Shown here piece by piece: positions 28,378-41,349 of a DNA stretch of 64,000 bases. How positions within the stretch are numbered: position 1 is the first letter of the stretch; the number at the start of each line of letters is the position of its first letter. Under the pieces are notes generated by a model. The model was not told the DNA's origin and did no database searches. It saw only the letters and a list, made by a program, of their open reading frames with translations. Origin of the DNA: Chrysomallon squamiferum. Its lineage: Eukaryota; Animalia; Mollusca. The translations under genes and the position numbers were made by a program. The DNA is taken from NCBI GenBank assembly GCA_012295275.1, contig CM022677.1, forward strand, positions 2,852,001 through 2,916,000. Direction: 5' to 3'.

Positions 28378-28803
28378 ATGTCTGATATTCAGACAGATTC
28401 AGTTCCAGTGAATTCAAACATAAGTTGGGAGACGTTCAAAAATTACAAAGGCATTAGTAGCACTAGTAGTTCTGGTAGTATTCCAAAATACAGGGAGTAC
28501 GAGATCTATGAAAAAAGGTTGGAAAGCTTCGTTGGATGGCCGCTCTTATCGCCCTTGCAGAAGCCCAGTGTTTTGGCTCACTGTGGATTTTTCTACATAG
28601 GATCGGCGGATCGCGCAAGATGTTTTCATTGTGGACTAACTTTGCGTGACTGGGATGACGATGATTTTCCGCCAGTTGTTCACAAAGAATGGGCTAAGAA
28701 TTGTGAATTCGCTGACAAACTGGACGTTGATGAAATAAGGAAAATGGTTGAATTTGAGGAATTAAAGAAGGACTCGAAAAATAAAACGAATATTGTTGAA
28801 TAG
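28378..28803 (+). CDS. Inhibitor-of-apoptosis (BIRC) family protein, single BIR domain, 141 aa as annotated to the TAG
   Basis: YEKRLESFVGWP...LAHCGFFYIGSADRARCFHCGLTLRDWDDDDFPPVVHKEWAKNCEF has the complete C-x2-C-x16-H-x6-C zinc signature. ATG 28378 is in caaaATG context. Confidence 0.9.
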   Translation: MSDIQTDSVPVNSNISWETFKNYKGISSTSSSGSIPKYREYEIYEKRLESFVGWPLLSPLQKPSVLAHCGFFYIGSADRARCFHCGLTLRDWDDDDFPPVVHKEWAKNCEFADKLDVDEIRKMVEFEELKKDSKNKTNIVE

Positions 28804-29059
28804 AGCCGCAATAAAGCCGACAACAGCTGTTTTGTAAAATCTGTGAATAGCGTTGTGACTCAAGCAACAAGTGGTGACAGCTCGAGTAGTAATTATGTCT
28901 ACAGCCCAACGATCCAGGCAGTTTTGGAAATGGGATATTCTATTGAACTTATTCAAAAGTCCATTGATAATCGGAAAAGAAAAGATCAAAGATGGTTCTG
29001 ATTTTCCAAATGCAGTAACACTTTTCGAAGCAGTCTTGGAACTTGAAGGATCCTGTTAG
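28804..29059 (+). pseudogene. Disabled continuation of the IAP gene: linker plus UBA domain
   Basis: In frame past the TAG: SRNKADN...YSPTIQAVLEMGYSIELIQKSIDNRK. After a +1 shift near 28976-28982: KIKDGSDFPNAVTLFEAVLELE. Together these match the cIAP/XIAP UBA (A.EMG[FY]...G..[FY]....L...LL). Ends at a donor-like AG|gttagt (29060). Confidence 0.8.
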
Positions 29060-29514
29060 GTTAGTATCACGTGACATGCTATTTTAGCCAATAAAGCCTC
29101 ATTTGTAATACAAAGATGTTGTTTAGAACGATTAATACTATGCATGAGTTCCTGTATTATCAAAACAATGGACAAAATTAGTTGAAAGGTAACTAAAAAA
29201 TAAAAGCCCAACAACAACAGATAATAAAAAATAAAGCAAACCAAAGCATATCTTTATAGATAGTTTGTTTTAAAATATCAACTTGAAAAACATAAAAAAT
29301 AGGAAGAAAAAGATATGAATTCTAATAAATGTTAAATATTTAATAATTAAAGTCTAGCTATGCTTCAATTGTTGTTAAACTTTGCACTTGATTTATTTAG
29401 TTTATATGTTACAGGAATATGTATAATTGCAATCAGAATATATATTTTTAAAATTCTTTAAATAAATTATAATATTTCCTGTAACATATATAAAGTAAAT
29501 AAAATAAAATGAAC

Positions 29515-29552
<38 letters not shown>

Positions 29553-30036
29553 AAGAATTGATAAGTGAAACCAGTAACATTTGTAATTTGATTTTCACTT
29601 TCAGATGAAAGTTTCAGGAAGATGAGCAGTTCTAGGGTCCAGCTTGTGTACACGACAGTTCATCCTGTCAGTAAGAAAGAAAAACTAAAAGTTCTGAACA
29701 GAAAAGATGATTGTTCTGGGCATCTGTTTATTTCTGAAAGGTTTTCTTTCATAGTTCCAAATGTTTGTTAAACTGAAAAATGAATAAAAATATAATTACT
29801 AAGATTAAGATTACAACAGCCTGTTGATACTGAAATTACTTAATATTAAACAGGATGCATCCTTCGTTATTAACATTTTAATTCTTCACAATTAAATTGA
29901 TTTAAAGTAAACTTATTATTTGTAATGTTAAAGAAATACTAAGTATATATGATACAATTTAAATTTGAAGTATTCTAAATGTTGTCATCTAAAAATTGAT
30001 AAATGTTTAGATCAAGTTAGAAACTGTTTTTCTCAA

Positions 30037-30312
30037 TTTAATTTACACTCGTTGTTATCAGAAAAACAACAATAAAGGAATGGCACATTTAACTGAACGA
30101 ATATTTAATTTACACTCATTGTTATCAGAAAAACAACAACAAAGGAATGGCACATTTAACTGAACGAATATTTAATTTACACTCATTGTTATCAGAAAAA
30201 CAACAACAAAGGAATGGCACATTTAACTGAACGAATATTTAATTTACACTCATTGTTATCAGAAAAACAATAACAAAGGAAAGGCACATTTAACTGAACG
30301 AATATTTAATTT
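30037..30312. repeat. 67-bp minisatellite, 4 copies
   Basis: Unit tttaatttacactcattgttatcagaaaaacaacaacaaaggaatggcacatttaactgaacgaata. Confidence 0.97.
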
Positions 30313-31209
30313 TCATGATGTTTTAGAAATTAATATTCAGCACAAATAATACATTTAAATAAACAAAATAAAATGCTATGTCAGTAATGTGTAATATTCA
30401 CTGTAAATGTTGTTATTAATCAGATAAATCAGTGAGATTGTTTATTACTCATTTCAGTTAATATTCTTAGTTGTTTTCTCATTTATTTATTTTACAGATT
30501 CATTTAGTAAATTAAACTTGGTATTTCTGTTAATGTAGCCTGCTGGTATTTAAATAATGTTAAACAGGATGCATTTTTCTGGGGAGTGGTTAGTTTTATC
30601 TTTGGTTATTAACATTTTATTTGATCAGAATTAAGTCAAATTTAAAGCAATTTTATTTGTAATGATAGAGAATTAGTGAGTGAATATAATATAATTTACT
30701 TAATTTATTTTACACAATAATAATAATAATAAAAAACATCATCATCATCGTAATAAATCGTATGTTACAAAGTAAACGCCTCTTTAAATATACAAATATT
30801 TGAAATAAATTATTAAATTTGTACTACTGTTTATTGTAATTTTATTTTTGTTTTTCATCTGATTTTTGTTTTTCATCTGATTTTTGTTTTCTCTAAAATT
30901 ATGTTTCATTTGCATGAAGATCTCCTATAAACTGAATATAGCTATGTAATTAATGCTTTTAATTTATTGATGTATGATATCATTGATATGTTTGTAAATA
31001 AAGGTTTCAAATAGTACAGTATGTGTGTACGTGTGTTTCTTTTTTATTTTTTATGATTAATTATTTATGTACACACATACTGTATTATTATAGATTATAG
31101 ATATGTGTAGGTGTTTGTGTGTGTGTGTGGCTGTGTGTTCTGTTTATTCAGTTTTCATGAATAACTATTATAAATATCAATGCTGTGACAATGATGCACA
31201 TAAAGAAAT

Positions 31210-31885
31210 GTAAGAAGAAAACAGAAATTGATAATAAAACTGGTATTTTTGTGTGATGTGTTTGTTTGTTATAATTTAACTATTTTTATATAAGAAGAAA
31301 ACAGAAATTAATAAAACTGGTATTTTTGTGTGATGTGTTTGTTTGTTATAATTTAACAATTTTTATATAAGAAGAAAACAGAAATTAATAAAACTGGTAT
31401 TTTTGTGTGATGTGTTTGTTTGTTATAATTTAACTATTTTTATATAAGAAGAAAACAGAAATTAATAAAAATATGTGTTTGTTTGTTATAAAACTATTTT
31501 TATATAAGAAGAAAATTTTTTGGTATTTTCATGTGATGTGTTAGTTTGTTATAATTTAACAATTTTTATATAAGAAGAAAACAGAAATTAATAATAAAAC
31601 TGGTAGTTTTGTATGATCTGTTAGTTTGTTATAATTTAACAATTTTTATATAAGAAGAAAACATAAATTAATAATAAAACTGGTAGTTTTGTTGTACCTT
31701 TTAGTTTGTAACAATTTAATAAGTTTTTATCTTATTAAAACAAGAATTAATAATAAAACTATTGGTTTTGTAGTACATATTAGTCTGTAATAATTTAATA
31801 GTAATTATCTAACTAAAACAATTAATAATAAAACTATTGGTTTTGTAGAATTTGTCAGTTTGTAATAATTTAACATTTTTTATCT
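31210..31885. repeat. ~77-80-bp AT-rich minisatellite, ~8 copies, diverging rightwards
   Basis: taagaagaaaacagaaattaataaaactggtatttttgtgtgatgtgtttgtttgttataatttaac... recurs. Confidence 0.9.
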
Positions 31886-31997
31886 TGGAGTTTCAAATGT
31901 TAGTTTTGTTACTTTGTACTGATATAGAAATTTTATTTTAGACAATAAAACTTTTTCTCACTGTTCATTTAATGTATTGGTTGTTTTGTTTTAAACT

Positions 31998-32587
31998 GAA
32001 AGTGTACTGGTCATAGCTTTAGTCTGGAATAGTGTCACTTGAAAAGTGTATGGGTCATAACTTTAGGATAGTGTCACTTGAAAAGTGTATGGGTCACAGT
32101 TTTAGTCTGGAATAGTGTCACTTGAAAAGTGTATGGGTCACAGCTTTAGTCTGGGATAGACTTTAGTCTGGGATAGTGTCACTTGAAAAGTGTATGGGTC
32201 ATAGTTTTAGTCTGGAATAGTGTCACTTGAAAAGTGTATGGGTCATAGCTTTAGTCTGGAATAGTGTCACTTGAAAAGTGTATGGGTCACAGTTTTAGTC
32301 TGGAATAGTGTCACTTGAAAAGTGTATGGTCACAGCTTTAGTCTGGAATAGTGTCACTTGAAAAGTGTATGGGTCATAGTTTTAGTCTGGAATAGTGTCA
32401 CTTGAAAAGTGTATGGGTCATAGCTTTAGTCTGGGATAGTGTCACTTGAAAAGTGTATGGGTCACAGTTTTAGTCTGGAATAGTGTCACTTGAAAAGTGT
32501 ATGGGTCACAGTTTTAGTCTGGGATAGTGTCACTTGAAAAGTGTATGGGTCATAGCTTTAGTCTGGGATAGTGTCACTTGAAAAGTG
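31998..32587. repeat. 44-bp minisatellite, ~13 copies
   Basis: Unit gaaaagtgtatgggtcatagctttagtctggaatagtgtcactt; the unit junction forms cactt-gaa-aagtg. Confidence 0.98.
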
Positions 32588-33357
32588 CTCTGCTGTTCTG
32601 AGTGTGTCTGGCTGACAAGTTCTGTTCTGAGAAGAGATTAGTCAGATTACATTTGCTGTTAGGATTATCACTAGGATCAGGTTTAGTGTTGTATTACTTT
32701 CAGGACTATGGTTATTGTTCACATTAAATTTAATTACCTATTTATCTTGAGAGATTTTTCATGTAAAACTTGAACAGGTTTATGATGGATGTTAGGATAA
32801 AAATTCAAAAAGCTTTCATTTCCAAAAATTTAATTGATAAAGTTTATAAGTGTGAGGAGAAAATTGCTGTCATTGTCTTTCTTGTCTTTATTATTAATAT
32901 TGGTCCTTTCCCAACTGACATTGTTATTGTCGTTGTTGTTGTTGTTGTTGTCATAACCTTTATTTGTATTGATATCGCTGTCGTTGCCTTTGTTTTGATA
33001 TTAGTATTGTGGTTCTCATTTTCTTTGAATATGCTTGGTGTAGCTGTTACTCCTATATTGTTGTGGTTGTTGATGTCGTTGCTGTCAGTGTTCTGCTCAT
33101 ATCACTATGATTGTTATTAGTAAATTGTCATAATTATCATCTGGTGTTCTGTTAATATTGTTGTGGTTGTTCTCATTTTGCTGTTTTTAGGGTAACTGTT
33201 ATTTTTATCATTTCGGTTAATATTATTGTTTACGTCTGTACTGTTAATCATAATGTTGTTATTGTGCAGCTGGTCTTTTCAGTCACTGTTACTGTCAGTG
33301 TTGCTATTGAAGTTGTTTCTGGTATTTGTTGTTTTTGTCTATTATTATTATTATTAT

Positions 33358-33388
<31 letters not shown>

Positions 33389-33419
33389 TGTTTGTATTTT
33401 GTAGTAGTGTATAGTAGTC

Positions 33420-36065
33420 AAGTCTGTGTTTGTATTATTTTGTATTTATTTGTATGTACATATCTATGTGTATCTGTCCCTGTTTGTTGTATGTATTGGT
33501 ATGTAGCATGTATATGTATCTGTGTGTGTATTATTTGTATGTATTTGTATGTACGTATCTATGTGTATCTGTCCCTGTTTGTTGTATGTATTGGTATGTA
33601 GCATGTATATGTATCTGTGTGTGTATTATTTGTATGTATTTGTATGTACATATCTATGTGTATCTGTCCCTGTTTGTTGTATGTATTGGTATGTAGCATG
33701 TATATGTATCTGTGTGTGTATTATTTGTATGTATTTGTATGTACGTATCTATGTGTATCTGTCCCTGTTTGTTGTATGTATTGGTATGTAGCATGTATAT
33801 GTATCTGTGTGTGTATTATTTGTATGTATTTGTATGTACGTATCTATGTGTATCTGTCCCTGTTTGTTGTATGTATTGGTATGTAGCATGTATATGTATC
33901 TGTGTGTGTATTATTTGTATGTACGTATCTATGTGTATCTGTCCCTGTTTGTTGTATGTATTGGTATGTAGCATGTATATGTATCTGTGTGTGTATTATT
34001 TGTATGTACGTATCTATGTGTATCTGTTCCTGTTTGTTGTATGTATTGGTATGTAGCATGTATATGTATCTGTGTGTGTATTATTTGTATGTATTTGTAT
34101 GTACGTATCTATGTGTATCTGTCCCTGTTTGTTGTATGTATTGGTATGTAGCATGTATATGTATCTGTGTGTGTATTATTTGTATGTATTTGTATGTACG
34201 TATCTATGTGTATCTGTCCCTGTTTGTTGTATGTATTGGTATGTAGCATGTATATGTATCTGTGTGTGTATTATTTGTATGTATTTGTATGTACGTATCT
34301 ATGTGTATCTGTCCCTGTTTGTTGTATGTATTGGTATGTAGCATGTATATGTATCTGTGTGTGTATTATTTGTATGTACGTATCTATGTGTATCTGTCCC
34401 TGTTTGTTGTATGTATTGGTATGTAGCATGTATATGTATCTGTGTGTGTATTATTTGTATGTATTTGTATGTACGTATCTATGTGTATCTGTCCCTGTTT
34501 GTTGTATGTATTGGTATGTAGCATGTATATGTATCTGTGTGTGTATTATTTGTATGTATTTGTATGTATGTGTCTATGTGTATCTGTTTGTTTGTTTGTT
34601 GTATGTATTGTATGTAGCATGTGTATATGTATGTGTGTTATTATTTGTATTATTTGTATGTACGTATCTATGTGTATCTGTCCCTGTTTGTTGTATGTAT
34701 TGGTATGTAGCATGTATATGTATCTGTGTGTGTATTATTTGTATTATTTGTATCTATGTGTATCTGTGTATCTGTCCCTGTTTGTTGTATGTATTGGTAT
34801 GTAGCATGTATATGTATCTGTGTGTGTATTATTTGTGTGTGTATGTACGTATCTATGTGTATCTGTCCCTGTTTTTGTTGTATTGTATTGGTATGTAGCA
34901 TGTATATGTATCTGTGTGTGTATTATTTGTATGTATTTGTATGTACGTATCTATGTGTATCTGTCCCTGTTTGTTGTATGTATTGGTATGTAGCATGTAT
35001 ATGTATCTGTGTGTGTATTATTTGTATTATTTGTATGTACGTATCTATGTGTATCTGTCCCTGTTTGTTGTATGTATTGGTATGTAGCATGTATATGTAT
35101 CTGTGTGTATTATTATTTGTATTTGTATGTACGTATCTATGTGTATCTGTCCCTGTTTGTTGTATGTATTGGTATGTAGCATGTATATGTATCTGTGTGT
35201 GTATTATTTGTATGTACGTATCTATGTGTATCTGTCCCTGTTTGTTGTATGTATTGGTATGTAGCATGTATATGTATCTGTGTGTGTATTATTTGTATGT
35301 ACGTATCTATGTGTATCTGTCCCTGTTTGTTGTATGTATTGGTATGTAGCATGTATATGTATCTGTGTGTGTATTATTTGTATGTATTATTTGTATGTAC
35401 GTATCTATGTGTATCTGTCCCTGTTTGTTGTATGTATTGGTATGTAGCATGTATATGTATCTGTGTGTGTATTATTTGTATGTACGTATCTATGTGTATC
35501 TGTCCCTGTTTGTTGTATGTATTGGTATGTAGCATGTATATGTATGTGTGTGTGTATTATTTGTATGTATTTGTATCTATGTGTATCTGTCCCTGTTTGT
35601 TGTATGTATTGGTATGTAGCATGTATATGTATCTGTGTGTGTATTATTTGTATGTACGTATCTATGTGTATCTGTCCCTGTTTGTTGTATGTATTGGTAT
35701 GTAGTATGTATATATGTATCTGTGTGTGTGTATTTGTATGTATTTGTATGTACGTATCTATGTGTATCTGTCCCTGTTTGTTGTATGTATTGGTATGTAG
35801 CATGTATATGTATCTGTGTGTATTATTTGTATGTATTTGTATGTATGTATATCTATGTGTATCTGTCCCTGTTTGTTGTATGTATTGGTATGTAGCATGT
35901 ATATGTATTATCTGTGTGTATATTATTTGTATGTATTTGTATGTATTATCTGTATCTGTCCCTGTTTGTTTGTATTATGTGTATGAATGTATGTATATGT
36001 ATCTGTGTGTGTATTAAGTGTATGTATTTGTATGTACTGTATGTATGTGTATCTGTCCCTGTTTG
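33420..36065. repeat. 95/85-bp higher-order repeat built from TG/TATG microsatellite, ~29 copies
   Basis: Anchor gtatctgtccctgtttgttgtatgtattggtatgtagcatg recurs every 95 or 85 bp; explains ORFs 33326-36017. Confidence 0.97.
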
Positions 36066-36726
36066 TAAAATGGATTGGTATGTGTTGTTTGTATCTTTAA
36101 TGTATTATTTGCATGATGTATGGCTGATCTGTTTCCTTCCATTTATTATTTATTATGTATATTATCTAAAATATATTTATTTATTTATTTATTTATTTAT
36201 ATTTATTGTATTTAATATTTCTATTCATATTTCAATTTATTTGTTCTTCAGTTTGTTTGTTCTTTTGTTTTTGTTTGCATGTATATGCCTGTGTGTGCGT
36301 GTATGTGTATGTATATGTGTATATGGTAGTTTGTGCCTATGTGTATATGCAGTGTTTGTTGTGTATGTTTGTGTATGTGTATGTGATGTGTATTATTTGT
36401 CAGTTCATTATAAACGTGAATCACTGGGTTTTTGAATGAATTTGCGATGTATGTGTGGACCTGTTGGTCTGTTGCATTGTGGCTTTGACGTATTTGTTTC
36501 CTTATTTATTGTACAGTATGTGTTTTGATCCATTTCCCATTTAAATTAATATTAATTTTAAAAATATTTATTTATTTATTTATTTAATATTTCTATTCAT
36601 ATTTCAATCATATACTTGTTTGTGAAAATCTGCCTCCGTGCGTGTTATGTTTGTGTATATGGTAGTGCCTAGCATGTATATACATCTGTCACGTGTATGT
36701 CTGTGTGAGTAGACATTATATATGAA

Positions 36727-37042
36727 TTTGTGTCACTGTGCATGTTTATATGTAGGCGTGTGTACCTAGTGTGCCAGTACAATGAAAACGCAGATACATA
36801 GTTAGATGTATAGACAGATATATGTTTGTGTCACTGTGCATGTTTATATGTGTGTGTATGTAGTTAGCACGCAGATACATAGTTAGATGTATAGACAGAT
36901 ATATGTTTGTGTCACTGTGCATGTTTATATGTGTGTGTATGTAGTTAGCACGCAGATACATAGTTAGATGTATAGACAGATATATGTTTGTGTCACTGTG
37001 CATGTTTATATGTGTGTGTATGTAGTTAGCACGCAGATACAT
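36727..37042. repeat. 84-bp minisatellite, ~3.7 copies
   Basis: tttgtgtcactgtgcatgtttatatgtgtgtgtatgtagttagcacgcagatacatagttagatgtatagacagatatatg; 28-aa period in ORF 36746-37042. Confidence 0.95.
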
Positions 37043-37957
37043 CCTCTTTCAAGAACTAAACAATTTCATACTTAAAGCTCACAAATAAAAGTTATTTGTT
37101 TTGAACACAAGTCAACGCATATTATTCTGATATAGTTTTAACTGCGGGTTTGCGCGCGAACGAGCAATCCCAGATGTCAATGCAAGCCACCATTTTTAGT
37201 CTTAGCTAGTAGCACTTAACATGACAAAACATATAAATAAATAAATAAATATTATAAATAAATAAACAAACAAATAAATCGTTTACTGTTTATAACTGTA
37301 CACAGAATACCTCAGTCTGATTTTTCTATACGGAAATTTTCAAAATCATTCCATTTACTTCTTTATTGCAGATACGACGTTCGTATTATTTTAAAATCAA
37401 ATCTTCAGATTTTTTATTGTTTTATAAAATTATTTCCATGTAGTTGCTGGTAAGCGTTAGTTTGACGTCTGCTGTGACTCATCTGTTCCCAGTTCTTCAC
37501 GAAGTTTCTACTTGTATGTTCCTACATGAACATAAATGAATCCCTGCTGTAGACCAACACTAGAGAGTAATGAGTTCATCTCTTATTAACTACTCACAAT
37601 TAACACTAATTACTTGTATCACCATACGTACACTCTGACTTTTATAAACTTTACCACCTACAAACATACTTACTAGGAGCGTCAAACAATGTCTCATCTA
37701 CTGGTTCAGCATCAGTTACCCTAAAATATCGGTTGAAAAAAAATGAAATAAAAATATGGTTTAGCTATTTTTCAACTATCCTTCTCCTCAGCTCATTTCT
37801 CTTTAATATGACCTAATTCTGTACAACATATAATTTGGGATATTCTATATTCATAACATATATACAGTTTTCTTGTTTTTTTCAAAATTGTTTTGTGTGT
37901 ATTCCGCAACAATTAGTCCTGTAGTTAATTCATGTCATGACTTGCAGACTTAAATAT

Positions 37958-38005
<48 letters not shown>

Positions 38006-38027
38006 GTATGTATATACATACATACAT

Positions 38028-38058
<31 letters not shown>

Positions 38059-38073
38059 CATATATATACACAT

Positions 38074-38121
<48 letters not shown>

Positions 38122-38229
38122 GGTGTCCTCCCAAAAGGTTGAATTTTAGCATACAATTTAAAGAAATCATTAATTTCAAGAAAATGTACTTGAGTATTAG
38201 AATGACATTTGAAGAAATCCAGTATTACA

Positions 38230-40250
38230 GATATGGTTATGCTATGGTTAGAGTGAGTGTTAGTGTTTTCATTAGGGTTAAGGTTATGTTTAGTGTTAAG
38301 CTTCAGGTTCAGATTAGGTTTGGTGTTAGTATTAGAGCTTGGGTTGGGATTTGGGCTAGATTCTACATTAGGGTTAGGTTTAGGGTATTGATTAGGGTTA
38401 GCATTGGGTTTGTTTTGTGTTTACAGTTGGTGTAGGCTAGATTAGGGTTGGGTTGTATTAGGATTAAGATCAGTGTTGGCATTAAGGGTTAAGCTTTCAC
38501 TATGGGTGATGATTAGGGTTTAGTATTAGGGCTGGCTTTAGGATTAGGATAGGATTCATTTGATTGTATATTTTGTTGAAGATACTTTTGATATAAAACT
38601 TGAAAAATGTTAAGAGGAATTAAAATTAATTTCAAAATATGTATTTTAGGATAAAATTTGAAATAAGATTTATTTCAATAAGTCATTAATTTATCACACT
38701 GTTACAAGTAAGGTTAAGTAGATATTTAGGGTTAAGGTTATATTTAGAGTTAAGGCTATATTTAGGGTTAAGGCTATATTTAGAGTTAAGGCTATATTTA
38801 GGGTTAAGGTTATATTTAGGGTTAAGGCTATATTTTTAGGCTATATTTAGAGGCTATATTTAGAGTTAAGGCTATATTTAGAGTTAAGGCTATATTTAGA
38901 GTTAAGGCTATATTTAGGTTAAGGCTATATTTTGAAGGCTATATTTAGGGTTAAGGCTATATTTAGGGTTAAGGCTATATTTAGGGTTAAGGCTATATTT
39001 AGGGTTAAGGCTATATTTAGGGTTAAGGCTATATTTAGAGTTAAGGCTATATTTAGGGTTAAGGCTATATTTAGAGTTAAGGCTATATTTAGAGTTAAGG
39101 TTATATTTAGTTAAAGGTTATATTTAGGTTAAGGCTATATTTAGAAAATTTATATTTAGGGTTAAAATTATATTTAGGGTTAAGGTTATATTTAGGGTTA
39201 AATTATATTTAGGGTTAAGGATTATATTTCAGTTAAGGCTATTATTTAGGTTAAGGCTATATTTAGGTTAAGGCTATAAAGCTATATTTATATTAAGGTT
39301 ATATTTAGGTTAAGGCTATATTTAGGGTTAAGGCTATATTTATATTTAGGTTAAGGCTATATTTAGATTTAGAGTTAAGGCTATATTTAGAGTTAAGGCT
39401 ATATTTAGAGTTAAGGCTATATTTAGAGTTAAGGCTTTTATATTTAGGGTTAAGGCTATATATTTAGGTTAATTATATTTAGGTTAAGGTTATATTTAGG
39501 TTAAGGCTATATTTAGGGTTAAGGCTATATTTAGGGTTATCATATATTTATCAGTTAAGGTTATATTTAGAGTTAAGGCTATATTTAGAGTTAAGGCTAT
39601 ATTTAGAGTTAAGGCTATATTTAGGGTTAAGGCTATATTTAGAGTTAAGGCTATATTTAGGGTTAACATTATGGATACCATTAAGATTAGGGCTATTTTT
39701 AGCATTAGGTCAGGATTGGAGTGGAGTTAGATATATGGTTAGGATTAGAGTTAGATTTAATTATCTGTTTATCTTAAGGTATTTTTTTCAAAAACAAGAA
39801 CAAAAAAAAACATGAATAAATATGTTGAATATTAGGATCAAACAGGTGATGGTTAGGTTTGGGTGAAGAGTAAGAATTATGATTAGGGTTAGATAATTTA
39901 ATTATCAGTATATCTTAAAAAATATTTTCTTGTGAGAAAAAATTGGGACAAAAATAAATAAATAAATAAATAAATAAATAAAATTGTTGTTTGTATTATG
40001 ACAAATTTAAAATAACTTTTCTATTTCAAAAAATTAACTATGAGTCTTAGCATATATTTTAAAATTAGTTTTATTTCAATAAATCCTTAGTATATCATAC
40101 TCTTACAAGTAAGGTTATGGATATGGTTAAGGTTATGGTTATCTTTAGGTTACTGTTAGGGTTAGGTTTAAGATTAAAATTAGCATTAAGGTTTGGTTAG
40201 GGTTAGAGTTCACATGAGGGTTATTGTAAGGATTAATTTTAGGTGTTACA
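38230..40250. repeat. Telomere-like G-strand region with a central 18-bp array (38720-39667)
   Basis: Unit ggctatatttag(g/a)gttaa contains TTAGGG/TTAGAG; the flanks are degenerate hexamer-periodic ttaggg-like sequence. Confidence 0.9.
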
Positions 40251-40500
40251 GATTAAATGGGGAAAACGCAAAACAAAGTTTACATTTTCTGGCATCTGTG
40301 CATGCACTGACCTAGGGTTTTAAAATTTCACATGTTCGTAGCTTGTTAAACAACTCATCTGTTCAGAATATTTCATCACAGTAGTTCTGTTTATTAGCTC
40401 ACCTCCCCACCCACCATGATATTCTGACATATGAAAATCACAGACTTAAAATGTTGTAAAAACAGTGCAGATGAGTCATTTTGACATAAAGTGAACTGTG

Positions 40501-40664
40501 ACACGTATAAAGAACATTGCAAATGAACATGTGTGTGCCAGCATAGGATGATAAAAACATGGTGAGAACAATGAAAACTCAGACACGTATAAAGAACACT
40601 GCAAATGAACATGTGTGTGCCAGCATAGGATGATAAAAACATGGTGAGAACAATGAAAACTCAG
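40501..40664. repeat. 82-bp tandem duplication
   Basis: acacgtataaagaaca...gaaaactcag at 40501 and 40583. Confidence 0.95.
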
Positions 40665-41349
40665 GTTTTGATGGAATAAGATAAATCACATTCTACAGAT
40701 CAGTGATATGCAGTGCATGGGGGGGGATGTCAGAGACTTTAGATGAATCTTGGCAAAATAAGTGAAAAGTTTAAGCATAATTTTGTTAAGATTTTCACAC
40801 AAAAACACAAAGAACATGTTTTATTGACTTATTTGAGCAAAAAACATGTTTAGACATGAAAGTTGAGATGTTTTCAAAACTATTGATCTGTTGATGCACT
40901 GAACATTATTAATAGACTTTAAGTCAAAAGTACATTGTGCGACATCTGACTGGTTATCCCAATCAACCACACCTGTCTTTTTCCTTCTGATATATTTACC
41001 AAACAGTCATCACCATAACATATGTGAAAAAATATATTTTATTTCTGTTATTTTATAGATTAGTTTATTACTTGCAAAGGATTTTTTTAAATTTAATTTA
41101 ATATAAAAGTAATTATATTCAATATAATGTTAAAATATATTAAAAGTGAAGTCTAGAATTCATTTGAACACTGAAAGCAAAAATGTGTTATAAAAAATTA
41201 GTTCTGTATTAAAACTTAACACTCTGTTTTGAAATTGACATTTAAAACTGATACTAAATGTTTGTATTTACACTTCTGGTGATTACAATAAATGGCTGGT
41301 TTAGAGCAACATTACAAGTTTAACCTTTTATTCTGAATAATTTTCACTT

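Noticed and set aside
29605-29770. Next exon of the IAP gene (ttttcactttcag|AT GAA...)
   Set aside because: Its open phase does not match the donor at 29060, and the peptide shows no RING or CARD features.
33326-36435. Long Cys/Val/Tyr-rich ORFs (also 47691-48410, 50027-50761, 52155-52858)
   Set aside because: These are translations of TG/TATG/TTTA repeats that are open in several frames at once.
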